NCBI GenBank assembly: GCA_951406725.2
Contig: OX597814.1
Coordinates: 118,234,001-118,298,000 of the forward strand
Length of the DNA: 64,000 nt
Reading direction: 5' to 3'
Source of the DNA: Octopus vulgaris
Lineage: Eukaryota
The position numbers and the translations under genes were made by a program. The number at the start of each line of letters is the position of its first letter. Position 1 is the stretch's first letter. Below the pieces are notes generated by a model. That model was given only the letters and a program-made list of their open reading frames with translations. It made no database searches and was not told the origin of the DNA. Shown here piece after piece: positions 40,470 through 54,933 of the stretch.

Positions 40470-40755
40470 TATATAAACGATTGAGGTAACTCCTCCTGAA
40501 AATATAGAATCAAAATTAAAAGAAGAATGCCATTGTTATCTAGTGAACGATATTTTGACATATTGTGTGTCTTCAAGTGGTTCTTTTAATTTTGACTCAA
40601 TATCTTCAGGAGGAGTTACCTCAATCCTTTCTATATAAACCACAAGCAAGTAGATTGACAAATCTATTTTTTTAACCGATTGAAGTTACCCAAGATGACA
40701 AAATACCTCGTTCACTACATAACAATGGCGCACTTCTTTTAATTTTGATATTCGT
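40470..40755. repeat. Nested inverted repeats (PLE pLTR-like)
   Basis: GATTGAGGTAACTCCTCCTGAA (~40479) pairs with TTCAGGAGGAGTTACCTCAATC (~40605); 40697-40750 is the reverse complement of ~40509-40560. Confidence 0.7.
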
Positions 40756-41139
40756 CTTCTTTTCTTCTCATTCTTCTTCTTCTTCTTCTTCTTCTTCTTC
40801 TTCTTCTTCTTCTTCTTCTTCCTCCTCTTCTTCTTCTTCTTCTTCTCTTCTCTTCTTCTTCTTCTTCTTCTTCTTCTTCTTCTTCTTTTTTTTCTTTTTC
40901 TTTTCTTCTTCTTCTTCTTCTTCTTCTTCTTCTACCTCTTCTTCTTCTTCTTCTTCTTCTTCTTCTTCTTCTTTCTTCTTCTTTTCTTCTTCTTCTTCTT
41001 CTTCTTCTTCTTCTTTTTCTTCTTTTTCTTTTCTTGTTCTTCTTATTCTTCTTCTTCTTCTACCTCTTCTTCTTCTTCTTCTACCTCCTCTTCATCTTCT
41101 TCTTCATCTTCTTTTTCTTCTTCTTCTTCTCATTACTAC

Positions 41140-41207
<68 letters not shown>

Positions 41208-41235
41208 TTATTATTATTATTGTTGTTGTTATTTT
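40756..41235. repeat. (TTC)n/(CTA)n/(TTA)n compound microsatellite
   Basis: Direct inspection. Confidence 0.95.
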
Positions 41236-41249
41236 TATGTTTATTATTA

Positions 41250-41803
41250 AGCGAGAGTGCAGTGCATGCCACCAAAGTAACACTGGGGTAAAATATACGA
41301 AGCCCAGTATACCCATCATGACTGCTCGTCTGATAAGGGTACACTAGGCATATGCATCACAACCATATGTGCACGACATGGTGATCTCATATCAAGATAA
41401 ACAGCACTTGATCTTGCAGGTGGGGTCCAGTTATAATTTTCTTCTGGTGGAGTAACCCATCCCGCACAAAAGGTCCCTGAATAAGTGTTATTTAAGGATG
41501 TTGAACGAAACACCCATGTTTCCAGAGGTGGATTATTCAAACCCCAAAGAATCCCTCTTAATACATGTCTATGATGCTTCCCCACCACTTCTGCTCGTGA
41601 TCAGAGATGCTCATATCGTCAGCCACTAAGGGACATGGTAGACTGGTTAAGGTCAAACAACTGCTAAGCAAATCTGTGGTATTGAGCAGAATATTTGCTG
41701 TAGCCCATCTTTTATACCAAGACAAAACAATGTACATGATAACACTTCCAATCAGTTAAGATCAGAAGCCACGAGAACCACTGCCTGGTAATGCATCTGG
41801 AAA
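41250..41803 (-). mobile_element. ~550-bp non-coding interspersed repeat (same family as 19591-20052)
   Basis: Reverse complement aligns along 19591-20052 and extends ~90 bp further 5'. Confidence 0.75.
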
Positions 41804-42430
41804 TTTATTATCATCATCATCATCATCATCATCAACCTTCTCCTCCTCCTCATCATCACCTTCAAACATATATTCTAGAGGATATTGTGTTTCTATATTT
41901 CTGATTTCTAACAGCAAATTGTTGTAAGATATTATCGCTTTTGATCTTGCCTTACGCATTAAACACATTATATTTTATTCTTCCTATTCTTAAACGATGT
42001 TAAACTAGTTCTATTTTGAGTAACCAGATCGGATCACACTGTAACTGCGATGGTTCATTCACAAATATGGACAATTTTCTAATCAATCTTAAAATATTGT
42101 TGAAACATTTTCGTGCAGGCTTCTATTATTCGCATGAGCATGAAAGCGTGCATGCCAATTCTCGTTCTATTTTCGCCCTATTATTATATTTCCACAAAAG
42201 CTAGATTGGTCTAGATGGTATTTAGATTTATTGTATTTAGCGACCTTGGAAGGAAACTGGATGTCTCTTTAAAACTATTTCATTACTGAATGATATAGTA
42301 ATTGCTACCATCGATATGAAATTCTGTCAAGCAATGCATGTTTATTTATCATACATAAATATGTGTTGCACTCATGATCACGTGATCGTTGTGTCACTTA
42401 CTAAATTGCGTGGTCTAAGAATATTATATT

Positions 42431-42963
42431 TACGAGTGAGTACCCAAAGAAACCGGAATTTTGCAATGTTGTTTTATTCACTTAGTTTTACGTGTTTATA
42501 CTTGTATCGCCTTCAAAGTATTCTCCATATGAAGCAACGTATCTATCCAGACGCGTTTTCATTTGTTCGAAGCAGTGCCGGGACTCTCGAAAAGCGATGC
42601 CTTTTAAGGCCTCCGTCGTTTTCTCCCTCACCTCTTCCACATCTGCAAATTCTTTAGCACTAGATTTTATCACCAGTGATGACCTTCGTATAGAGTCCCG
42701 GATCAATTCCAACTCATTTTTCAGTTTATGACAGACATTCATTCGTGACTGCGTTTGATGATCAGTAAGGAAGCGAGTCACATATTTTGTTGCAATTCAT
42801 TTCATTCGTAATTCCTCACTCAACAGCTTCAGTAACACTAATCATATCAATAATTAGGTTAATTGGTCAGTGATGGTCCTCCAAGATCACTTCATGAATT
42901 TCCATGATGTTTTTCATTTGTTGAGGTGGTCGACGCTTGCCTTGTACAAAATTGGTATTCAAA
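42431..42963 (-). mobile_element. Mariner remnant, 3' part (truncated by gap)
   Basis: FADVEEVREKTTEALKGI..CFEQMKTRLDRYVASYGEYFEGD; end TACGAG.. Confidence 0.8.
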
Positions 42964-43063
42964 NNNNNNNNNNNNNNNNNNNNNNNNNNNNNNNNNNNNN
43001 NNNNNNNNNNNNNNNNNNNNNNNNNNNNNNNNNNNNNNNNNNNNNNNNNNNNNNNNNNNNNNN
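42964..43063. other. Assembly gap (100 N)
   Basis: Run of N. Confidence 0.99.
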
Positions 43064-45207
43064 ATCAGGGAACTGTATTGCAAACGCTAATGTTCATGTG
43101 GGCTATTTCAGACATGCCATCACTTACACAGATAATCATACTCAATTGCTAAGCCAACAGCACAATAACAGTACAAGCAGTCAAAGAACGTTAAGATATT
43201 AATTTTCCACAGGATTACCTAGATGCCATATACAAATGAACTGACGAAAACAACATGCAATTTAATGCAGGAAAATTCCAAGCCCTCTACTTGGTGCTCA
43301 CAAGTCGCAACAACGATACTTTGAATTAAAGGGAGCGGCAATCCCAGAAGCATGTACAATGCCTGATCTGGGGATTGATATGGTCAACAATGCCTCTATT
43401 CCTGTACATATCACCAAGATTGTGGCAATATGCAGACGAATTGCCGAATGGATGCTGGGAAAATTTAGAACAAAGGACCAGGTAACTATGCTTGTTCTAT
43501 AGAGGACTACTCCTCTTTCAACTGTGGTCATCATACAGTGTCAAATAAAGAGCAAACTAGAAGCTGTTCAGCGGTGCGACACGAAGTGGGACAACTGAGT
43601 TAGTGGGGGAGTGAAAGAGGTACTATTCTACGCACTGAAGTGAAGGCGGGAGAGGTATACCAGTGAAAGAGCATGGAGGTGCTAGCACCAAACTTTGGTA
43701 TAGACAGCTATATTATCCTCCGAACGTCACTTAACTGTTCCAAATGTCTCAATCAACTGTCTTGGGTAAGAACCATGTATTGCGATAGCGTGGGATTCGA
43801 GGGCTCACAAGTATATCAAACGTTTGCTATAAATCTGAGGGTTCTTCCTACTATTTAAGGTCCCAGGTGAACCTATAAAAGGTAGAAAACTGAAAAGAGG
43901 GCAGCAGTGTCGAATCTCCTCTTTCACCAAAAGCCATAAGAATGGCCATTGAAAGGGTCTTTACACTGCCGGTGATCCAGTATGGCAGCAGCCTGAGGTG
44001 TGAAAAGTATAAAATAATATATGTCTGTCTATATATCACTATCCATCCATGCGTCTGTGTGCGCGCTAGCATGTGAGTGTATGTGTGGTCTTTAAACACA
44101 CAAAAAATTTCCATTTTCACGTGTATATCTGAAAGATTCAAATTTCATGAGAGTGTGTGCGCTTGGCTTTGCGTCTGTGTAAGAAACATTCTGCAGAACA
44201 CTTCTAATCAGAATTATGAGGAAGTAAATGTTGAAATTGTGTTTGTCACAATACATAACCGTTTTATTGTTTTTTTTTTTTTTTTTTTTCAAATATCACT
44301 TCTTCTTTAGATGCTAAGATATATACATGTATGAGAAATTATGGAAACGAAAATTGCCTAAATAATTCTTTGAGAAGCATTGATAATCCCCTCCACAAAG
44401 TAATGAGAAATATTACTGTTCTTTATATTTCGATCGCAGACATCACCTCAATGCAATTCAGAATTCACCTGCTGATATTCTATAAATGCTTTTGTACCCA
44501 TGTTCAAATATTTGTTTTATATAATTCCCTGATATTTCTATTTATGAGAATATTATTCTTACGATAATTTGAACTAATAAAGTAATCTGTTCTAAAATAT
44601 GTTTGATTTATGTAATGTCTCTTCGGAAATAAACGAATATATATACATATATGCATACATACTTACATACATATAACATATGTATAAGCATGTGTGAATT
44701 TATGAATCGCCAAGGGATCTCTGTATGTGCATAAAAGCACATTTATGTATAGTAGCAGATGAGAGAATCTTCTGTCATGGACGCCGAAATTCACATATCA
44801 CATGGGGTTTAATTTCATTGAAATCATTATTATTATCATATATATATGTATATATATATATGTATATATATTTAGTTGAAAAAGACGAAGACAGGTCTAT
44901 AAAAAACAAACAAGTGTATTAGTTTGACGCCCGGGTTGGTAAGAAAGTCTTTTACGACATTGAATGAGCCAAACCATTTTTTAACGCCCGGGTTGGTAAG
45001 AAAGTCTTTTACGAGCATACGCTCTTTATCAACAGAAAGAAGAATGAGGAAATAAACAAAGAGAGAATAAAAAAAAAACTTTTGAAGTTAGCCGTCAATC
45101 ATGGCGACATATATAAATGTGTGAGTACGTGTGTGAATGTTTGTGCGTGTGTGCGTGTGAGTGTGTGTATGTATATATATATATATATAAATACATGCAT
45201 TTATATT

Positions 45208-45248
<41 letters not shown>

Positions 45249-47617
45249 GCATGCGTTTATATTCATATATATACATGCATGTATATGTGTGCCTTTGTGG
45301 GTACGTCTGTATGTATCTAGTCATGTATGGGTGAAGTCGTGGCCGGGCGGTACGAATCTTGCTTTCCAACCGCAAGTTTCGCGATTCATTCACATTGAAT
45401 GCCACCTAGACTAGTGTCTTCATATATATTTTCTATTTATTTACTATATTTCTTCTATTTATTTTTTATACGATTTTTTGTAATTTCTATACTGATCCCA
45501 TCGAATTAGTGGATAATTAACTAATTTCCAGTAATTATTCCGCGACGTTGGTATTTATACTGGCTAGAAACGTCTGAAGATCATTTGTGCAGAAAATTAA
45601 TGTGATCGTATTTTCTGCTTATCTAAAACTATGCATGTCTATGACTGTCTTATATGTATTACTACAACTTATATGTAATGGAAGAGCGATTTAGAGTATC
45701 AGCTAAGTAGACTTCAGTTTAATGCACGGCCTTGCTTCACAACTTAATCCGGATCATGATATTCCTTCGTATAGCTCTTAAAGATGACATTTGTGTAGGA
45801 CATATACTTTTTGTTTGGTTGTCTAAATCTCTTTGCCGACTTTGCTACATATACAATAATCTTCTTCTATTTTATCCTGTCCAATCTCTTTTAAACTTAC
45901 GCACTCGTCTTGGAATATGAATACATATTTTTCGAATATTGTTCAAAATTTTTAACTCATTTATATCATTATTCATGTATGCTATAATTATTTATTATTG
46001 GTTAGATGGCTTTTAGATATTTAATCCTGAGCTTTTCATATCGTTGTTATTGAAGCATGGAGTGTGTTTCTTCCCAGTTTGTCCGTCTCCAGGTACAAAT
46101 ATTATATTACATAAGCCTTCGATTAGATCTAGTTTGTGGTTTTCTTATGTTTTTAATGTTTCTGCAAGAATTTCACCTGCTCAAGTGATCTTTGCATCTT
46201 CCATTTACCATATAGCATTTTCTATTCCTTTTAAGTATTGGACATTGATTGTCTGTTGTTATCATGAAACAAGTCTTTTATGTATTTCATTCATCTAGAC
46301 GCTATCTTCAGATGATCAAAATACATATTTCCATTTGTGTCCTTGATGTTAGTATTTCGTCCACTCATGCAGTTTGCTTTCTCTAATCTCAATTATTTTT
46401 ACTTACATTTATTTGGATTTATGTTATTTTCTTAAGGTTTTCAACTTCTTGGCATCGATCACTCACCCATTTCACTTTTGATATTCTACATTCAGAACAG
46501 ATCGATATATGTAGGTTGTTATAAATATCTTCTACAATGTTTTTGTATTTCTTTCCTTCAACGTTTATTGATGGAATAACATCTATCATCCACGAATTCT
46601 TTTCCATTTCAATTTCAATCAGATGTTTTCTTTAGTGATGTTTACATACAAGTTACATCTCTTCTATTTATATTCTAAGATATAGTTCTTATACATATAT
46701 GTATTTTTATTGGGTACCTTGTTTCATAATGTTCTCCTTTGTGCTGTGCTTGTGTTAGTAAAGTTTAGTTTAATTTGTTTTGTTTAGCGATTTTAATTTT
46801 CTTAATTTTAACATTTTCCTCAATAACAAGTGTTTTATCGTCAAACGATTTTGTCTACTCCAGGAATGTTTTTGCAATCTTCACAGATACTACACTGCGA
46901 ATGTATTACTGTGGTCCTTGATGTTGTAACCTGCATTCTTCTGAAATTACAAGTTTCTTGATGATACTACACATACACATATCACAAGGAATAGTGATTG
47001 ATCATCAAATTTTCTAATAAGCGTAAACTTAAACTGAGGTTAGTTTTTAGTGACATAAAGAGAAGGCATAGATGGTCATAGAGGTTAGTCACCCTACAAA
47101 TATAGGGTGACAAACTCTTCCAAAATCAGTGAAAAGGAGACGACTGTTTTGAAACTTTCAACTCCTCTATCTCGTTTATAAATTTCCGTCCGTAGGAATA
47201 ATCATTGATGGATAGAGTTAAGATAGTGACTGTGTTAATCACAATCTAATGAAGGTAAGAATTGAAGCAAAGAGGTAGGCGTAGAAAAACGCATACCTTA
47301 GAAATATAATCTGCGATTTGCAGAATAAAAGCAAGACACAGACAATGTACGACATGTAATGTCATATGCTGTTCTTATCAAAACTCCAATGACAGAGCGT
47401 TTGTTACTTTGCTGGAAACCACCTAATATTTCGAGAAGGAATACCTATAACTAAGAACATTACACACAAACACACACTCAAAGGCAGAGAGCGGGGTGGC
47501 AAGACACACACACACACACATTGACACATATTATATGTATGCAAACAAGCAAATATTTACATATGCATATACACTTATGTGCAATCGTTATATATGAATA
47601 TACTGTTTGTAAGTATG

Positions 47618-47710
<93 letters not shown>

Positions 47711-48377
47711 TAATTATAATTAAGGGCAAGGGCATAGAAAAAGGTATGACTATATGCTGAAAAAGACGCTAAATCGTCTACGCATTTTAAATCATCACAT
47801 ATTACACGCATGCTGAAATCGAAGAAGTAAGCTGACAGAAGTTCATAAAATAATACAATTGGTTTTGGATTGCTCAATTTCTGGATTAGTCTAATGGCTT
47901 TTCCTCATCAGCAAAGCATATTTGGGGAAATAAATGAGATATTTATACGTACACACAGTAAAATATAACGGAAAGCTGCGATTATAAATAAGTACCACAA
48001 ATACATTCATATCGAGTTTCGGCTTTGTGTTTTGCTTTCCAGTAGGTATGTATAACTATCTCATTTATTTCTCCAAGTATGCTTTGCTGATGAGGAAAAG
48101 TCATTAGATTAATCCAGAAATTTATCAATCCAAAACTAATTGTATTATTTTATGAATTTCTGTAAGCTTACTCCCTCGATCTCAACAAGTTTATAATATG
48201 TGATAATTTAAAGTGGTTGTACGATTAACCGTCTCAGAATTTAGGCATTATTTTTCTATGCCATTGATTATAACTATATATATATATATATATATGTATA
48301 TGAATTCACCTTAATTGGTCTATTATATATATTCTGGCCACTGATAAAATTTTAACAACTTTATGCTTTATTACTTT

Positions 48378-48461
<84 letters not shown>

Positions 48462-51363
48462 TGTTTAAAATTATTAAACCTCTTTCTTTAAAGAAATGAT
48501 GAAATTTCGTCATTAATATTTTTTATATATGAAGTTTAGGTTGACCGACAACATCATTATCATCAATTCGAGACTAAGGTCAACATTCATTATCATGAGA
48601 ATATTTCTGTAGCAGAAATACAGATCCACACATCCCATTTCCTAAATAGCATACTGAAAACCTTGACCGTACAACCTATGTGTTCGTAATTTTACTCGTA
48701 TTCCATTGATTTGTGAGTTCCTCGTTATTCCCTTAACGTGTATACTAAGACACAACATGCAGGCTGAAGCACGCCTTGTAGAATGAGATACGCCGAAGAG
48801 AGTCTCGAATAAGAAATACATCTGACAGAAAGCACTTTACAGTGGTAGATTTATATCACTCATGATACACCTGACGTTTTATATCATTGTGTGCATTTCT
48901 TCCACTTTACGAATTTATGCACATTCGCCTTAGCCGTAGTTATAATTCTTTCCCTGATCCAATGTAAGTATGAGATTGCTGAAATAATCGACTCTATCTC
49001 TTTACATTTTAAATTGGTTTCTTCCTTGTCAGAAAGAATGAAAATTTAGAATGTGCGTTGAACGATATAACGCATAAAGCTATCGAAATTTCAATGGTGC
49101 CTTGACAAGAAACATAATTGAGCGAGAATCACAATATAACTCTCTTAAGAGAATTCTATATCGCATCAATTTAAATAAATTTACTGGAAAAAATTTCTAA
49201 ACCATGGCATGTTGGAAATTGCTTCCTTATTCCGTAGATTACACTTTTTTACAGAATACATATGTTCATTGCTCATTGTGATTTGATGTAAAAACGACTC
49301 TATCAGTGTTTACATTTGAAAAATTGGTTTCCTTCTTGTACAGAAAGATTTGAAAATTTAGAATGTGCGTTGAACGATATAACGCATAAAGCTATCGAAA
49401 TTTCAAATGGTGCCTTGGAGAAACATAATTGAGCGAGAATGCACAATATGCAACTCTCTTAAGAGAATTCTATATCGCATCAATTTAAATAAATTTACTG
49501 GAAAAAATTTCTAAACCATGGCATGTTGGAAATTGCTTCCGTTATTTCTCATTGGATTACACTTTATATTACAGAATACATATGTTCATTGCTCATTGTG
49601 CAATTTGATGTAAAAACGTCACAGTGTTTATTTGAAAAACTTCCTTACTTTACATTACGTACTTTACATTTTGATGCGCGACGATTTATTTCACAAATAT
49701 TCGCAAACAACAAATTGCAGCGGTGTATGGAGAAACATTGAACTTGTCGCTATAGATAAAATGCACATATATCATATTTATGTTGCACATGTACCGCAAC
49801 ATCTAAACTACCATATAATTTTCTGGTGATTCGATAAAAAGAATCTAATTCGTCATCTATGTTCATATTAATCATATGTAACGCAGTGATAATATCATTT
49901 GCCGTTAGATACATCGATTTTTTTCCTCTCAGTTGCGATGTCATAAATCTGTAGGAGCAATTTAGGAAGGCGGAGATGTAAACACATACATCGAGTGAGG
50001 GATGCGCAACGGTAAATAAAACTGAAAAACAGAAAACGATATTAGAAGTGATTATTTTATTTAAACAATATGCAGAAGAAAATAAATATAATGAAATTGA
50101 AGACACGCTTTTCATTATTTCCTTTATTACAATTCAGATTTCTTTTATTGTCGTTAACATGATTATATGAAGATACAGACCTCATAATCACTCAATCTAA
50201 GAACCGAAATGGTTTTCATATGTACCATACCTTTAAATGTAAGATATATAATAATTCTGAAAGATAGATGTATACTGAAGATGTATTATAAAGTACACAC
50301 GATAAATATACACGCAATTTATTGTTAATGTTTCCACGTTGAGTGAAATACCAGAATCGTTTGAATGCCGCCGAAATACTGTATGAAATATATGCATGCT
50401 CGTCCTACGTCTTTACGTTCAGATGCAAATTCAATAGTGGATGTGTGATGTCATTTAAATTCGTCGGTCAGTGAATGATAGATAACTTTGCCGTTCCATC
50501 ATCTGTATTTCAAAAGAGTATCACCTAAGCAAACGCATTTCTTCTGTTATTTGCTGTCAGCAAGAATAGGAACCGAATTTATTTTTCAGTGTTGCTCATT
50601 CAGATCATCTTAAAATCATGGTATCATTATTATGACTTATAAACGATTGAGGTAACTCCTCCTGAAAATACTGTGAATCAACCTGAAGAGGAAATGCCAT
50701 TTATCTAGTGAACGATATTTTGACATATTGTGTGTCTTCAAGTGGTTCTTTTAATTTTGACTCAATATCTTCAGGAGGAGTTACCTCAATCCTTTCTATA
50801 TAAACCACAAGCAAGTAGATTGACAAATCTATTTTTAACCGATTGAAGTTACCCAAGATGACAAAATACCTCGTTCACTACATAACAATGGCGCACTTCT
50901 TTTAATTTTGATATTCGTCTTCTTTTCTTCTCATTCTTCTTCTTCTTCTTCTTCTTCTTCTTCTTCTTCTTCTTCTTCTTCCTCCTCCTCTTCTTCTTCT
51001 TCTTCTTCCTCTTTATGAATTACTTTGCATTATAATGTCACAAAACCATAATTTATTGATTTGGTTCAACTGAAACAGTTTGCAAAAATGATTATTGTAG
51101 TTTTGAGAAAGACACAATGTATAATTGCATGACAGAACTTATCACCTAATGACAAACTTCAATTTCTTCTGTTGAAAAGAATATTTGCTGTCTTCTTCTT
51201 CTTCTTCTTCTTCTTCTTCTTCTTTTTCTTCTTTTTCTTTTTCTTGTTCTTCTTATTCTTCTTCTTCTTCTACCTCTTCTTCTTCTTCTTCTACCTCCTC
51301 TTCATCTTCTTCTTCATCTTCTTTTTCTTCTTCTTCTTCTCATTACTACTACTACTAATACTA

Positions 51364-51416
<53 letters not shown>

Positions 51417-53108
51417 TTATTATTATTATTGTTGTTGTTATTTTTATGTTTATTATTAAGCGAGAGTGCAGTGCATGCCACCAAAGTAACACTGGGGTAA
51501 AATATACGAAGCCCAGTATACCCATCATGACTGCCGTCTGATAAGTACACTAGGCATATGCATCACAACCATATGTCACGACGGTGATTTTTAACGATTG
51601 ATCTTGCAGGTGGTCAGTATACCAGTCATGCACAAAATACCTCGTTCACTACATAACAATGGCGCACTTCTTTTAATTTTGATATTCGTCTTCTTTTCTT
51701 CTCATTCTTCTTCTTCTTCTTCTTCCCCACCACTTCTGCTCGTGATCAGAGATGCTCATATCGTCAGCCACTAAGGGACATGGTAGACTGGTTAAGGTCA
51801 AACAACTGCTAAGCAAATCTGTGGTATTGAGCAGAATATTTGCTGTAGCCCATCTTTTATACCAAGACAAAACAATGTACATGATAACACTTCCAATCAG
51901 TTAAGATCAGAAGCCACGAGAACCACTGCCTGGTAATGCATCTGGAAATTTATTATCATCATCATCATCATCATCATCAACCTTCTCCTCCTCCTCATCA
52001 TCACCTTCAAACATATATTCTAGAGGATATTGTGTTTCTATATTTCTGATTTCTAACAGCAAATTGTTGTAAGATATTATCGCTTTTGATCTTGCCTTAC
52101 GCATTAAACACATTATATTTTATTCTTCCTATTCTTAAACGATGTTAAACTAGTTCTATTTTGAGTAACCAGATCGGATCACACTGTAACTGCGATGGTT
52201 CATTCACAAATATGGACAATTTTCTAATCAATCTTAAAATATTGTTGAAACATTTTCGTGCAGGCTTCTATTATTCGCATGAGCATGAAAGCGTGCATGC
52301 CAATTCTCGTTCTATTTTCGCCCTATTATTATATTTCCACAAAAGCTAGATTGGTCTAGATGGTATTTAGATTTATTGTATTTAGCGACCTTGGAAGGAA
52401 ACTGGATGTCTCTTTAAAACTATTTCATTACTGAATGATATAGTAATTGCTACCATCGATATGAAATTCTGTCAAGCAATGCATGTTTATTTATCATACA
52501 TAAATATGTGTTGCACTCATGATCACGTGATCGTTGTGTCACTTACTAAATTGCGTGGTCTAAGAATATTATATTTACGAGTGAGTACCCAAAGAAACCG
52601 GAATTTTGCAATGTTGTTTTATTCACTTAGTTTTACGTGTTTATACTTGTATCGCCTTCAAAGTATTCTCCATATGAAGCAACGTATCTATCCAGACGCG
52701 TTTTCATTTGTTCGAAGCAGTGCCGGGACTCTCGAAAAGCGATGCCTTTTAAGGCCTCCGTCGTTTTCTCCCTCACCTCTTCCACATCTGCAAATTCTTT
52801 AGCACTAGATTTTATCACCAGTGATGACCTTCGTATAGAGTCCCGGATCAATTCCAACTCATTTTTCAGTTTATGACAGACATTCATTCGTGACTGCGTT
52901 TGATGATCAGTAAGGAAGCGAGTCACATATTTTGTTGCAATTCATTTCATTCGTAATTCCTCACTCAACAGCTTCAGTAACACTAATCATATCAATAATT
53001 AGGTTAATTGGTCAGTGATGGTCCTCCAAGATCACTTCATGAATTTCCATGATGTTTTTCATTTGTTGAGGTGGTCGACGCTTGCCTTGTACAAAATTGG
53101 TATTCAAA
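43064..53108. repeat. Copy 2 of ~10 kb duplication (repeats the CR1 3' part, RTE, HHR palindrome 47731-48262, non-coding repeat and mariner), partly scrambled
   Basis: Starts with the sequence of 32723 and ends with that of 42963. Confidence 0.95.
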
Positions 53109-53300
53109 GGACAAGTGACTATTTCTAAAGCATGAAAACCACTCCTAAAACTTGCGTTTTGCTCATGGCAGCGTTCTTCTAAGCTGTTGGCAGCATGAGA
53201 ACTGTTTCGCTGCCGCTTTCCCTGCAGAAAACAAAACTTCACGGAAGCACGATGTTCCTTCGTTTCAGCCATCGCAAAAATCGACGAACAGGGAAATTCG
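52576..53300 (-). mobile_element. Internally deleted mariner transposon
   Basis: N-terminus MAETKEHRASVKFCFLQGK (HTH start) and C-terminus GEYFEGD; most of the DDD core is missing. Confidence 0.82.
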
Positions 53301-53550
53301 TATTTATTAAAGTAAACACAGATTATACTCCAGTAACGGACACATTTAAAGAAGGTTGACTGAATTAGTAATAAGTCACTAAGGTCACACATATGTATAC
53401 TATCTATACATATTTCAACGCCATCCATAGTCTCTAAATCCAAGCGAATTGTAGGTTCCAAGTTAAGTGAAGGATAAACAATATACAATTGATAGTTTGT
53501 GGTACACTTCAGCAGTTTCAGAAGTGGTTTCTGTTGAAAAACATATGGCG

Positions 53551-53586
<36 letters not shown>

Positions 53587-53588
<2 letters not shown>

Positions 53589-53950
53589 GAAAAATGTCGT
53601 TATAAGTATAAAAATACCATACACGATTATAGAAAAGTGGAGGAGAAAAAGATGCTTGAATCAAAATTAGATTTCATAAAAAATAGGATTCATTAAATAC
53701 GCGTGTATGTATTGAATCCATTTTGTATTGAATCTAATTTTGATTAAACATTTTTTCTCCTCCATTTTTCTATAATTTTATAGGGTATTTTTATACCTAT
53801 AACGATATATTTCAACTACAATTTTCATATTCTTATTATTTGCTCTGGCTGTTTTTTATAAATACGATGAATCTTTATTAGGAATCATCCTTTCCCTCTT
53901 TTTGGACTTCTAAAAAGTTTGAACTTATTTCTTACCGCATAGGTATTTAT
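53587..53950. mobile_element. TA-embedded hairpin element (~110-bp arms, 53587-53815)
   Basis: Imperfect inverted repeat centred near 53700; TA runs on both sides. Confidence 0.6.
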
Positions 53951-53989
53951 GTATATATATATATATCCGCACAGCGGGAGACCCTTACG

Positions 53990-54330
53990 TCATCATCATA
54001 TGTCATCCGCTGTCTCACTCTTCTACTGTGTCCGTTTAGCGGCTACCACAGGAGCACTGAATGCAGTATCAACTCTGAATAACGGTGATCATGTCCAGCT
54101 AAACTCAGTCTCCTGTGTGTTACTTTCGATCTAACATCCTCAGCATTCTCGTGTAGCACCCATCCACGATCAAGTGAGTTTCTTGATTAATGCCCAAGTC
54201 CTAAACGCGTACAAAAACACAGATCCCACTACAGTAATGAAGAGATGGATTTTCAGGTCATTACGAAGGTTCGTTTCCATACAAATCTCAAACTGTGGCA
54301 TGGCGGATAGACTTTGCTCTTCCTCTCAAC
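53990..54330 (-). mobile_element. RTE LINE fragment
   Basis: Minus: NLRNDLKIHLFITVVGSVFLYAFRTW; DGCYTRMLRM; RRLSLAGH..VLLW. Confidence 0.7.
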
Positions 54331-54409
54331 TATATCACCCTATGTACAGCGTAAAACAATGTATGTTTGAGTGTGTTTATTTTGCAAAAAATACAATTAA
54401 ATACGACCG

Positions 54410-54574
54410 TCGCGAAATAGAACTGTGTGGTAAGCAGCTTGCTTATAAACACCTTGGTTCCGGGTTCAGTCCCACTGCATGGCACATTGGCAGAGTGTTT
54501 TCTTCTATGGCCTCAGTCCGACAGAAGCCTTGTGAGTGGATATAGTAGACCGAAAACTGTAAGAAACATGTCGT

Positions 54575-54635
<61 letters not shown>

Positions 54636-54876
54636 AGTGTGTATGCATGCGTGTGTGTGTTTGTGTGTGTTTGTGTGTTTGTCCCCCATCATCGCTTGAC
54701 AACCGATGTTAGTGTGTTTACGACCCTGTAAGCTAGAGGTTCGGCAAAAGATTCGATAGAATAAGTATTAGGCTTACAAAGAACATGTCCTTGAGTCCAT
54801 ATCCATATGTTTGACAACAGGCGGCGCTCCAGCATGGCCAGAGTCAAACGACTGAAACAGATAGAAGAATAAAAGA

Positions 54877-54877
<1 letters not shown>
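54410..54877 (+). mobile_element. tRNA-derived SINE (CORE-like) with internal microsatellite
   Basis: A-box-like TGTGTGGTAAG, B-box-like GGTTCAGTCCC, GGCACATTGGCAGAGTG, internal CA/TA/TG tract, tail ..GACTGAAACAG..AATAAAAGA. Confidence 0.8.

Positions 54878-54933
<56 letters not shown>

Larger units (their letters stand above)
32723..42963. repeat. Copy 1 of ~10 kb direct duplication
   Basis: Near-identical to 43064-53108. Confidence 0.95.

Noticed and set aside
32723-53108. LTR pair or real segmental duplication
   Set aside because: Copies abut an N gap and contain ordinary decayed TEs; an assembly overlap is more parsimonious
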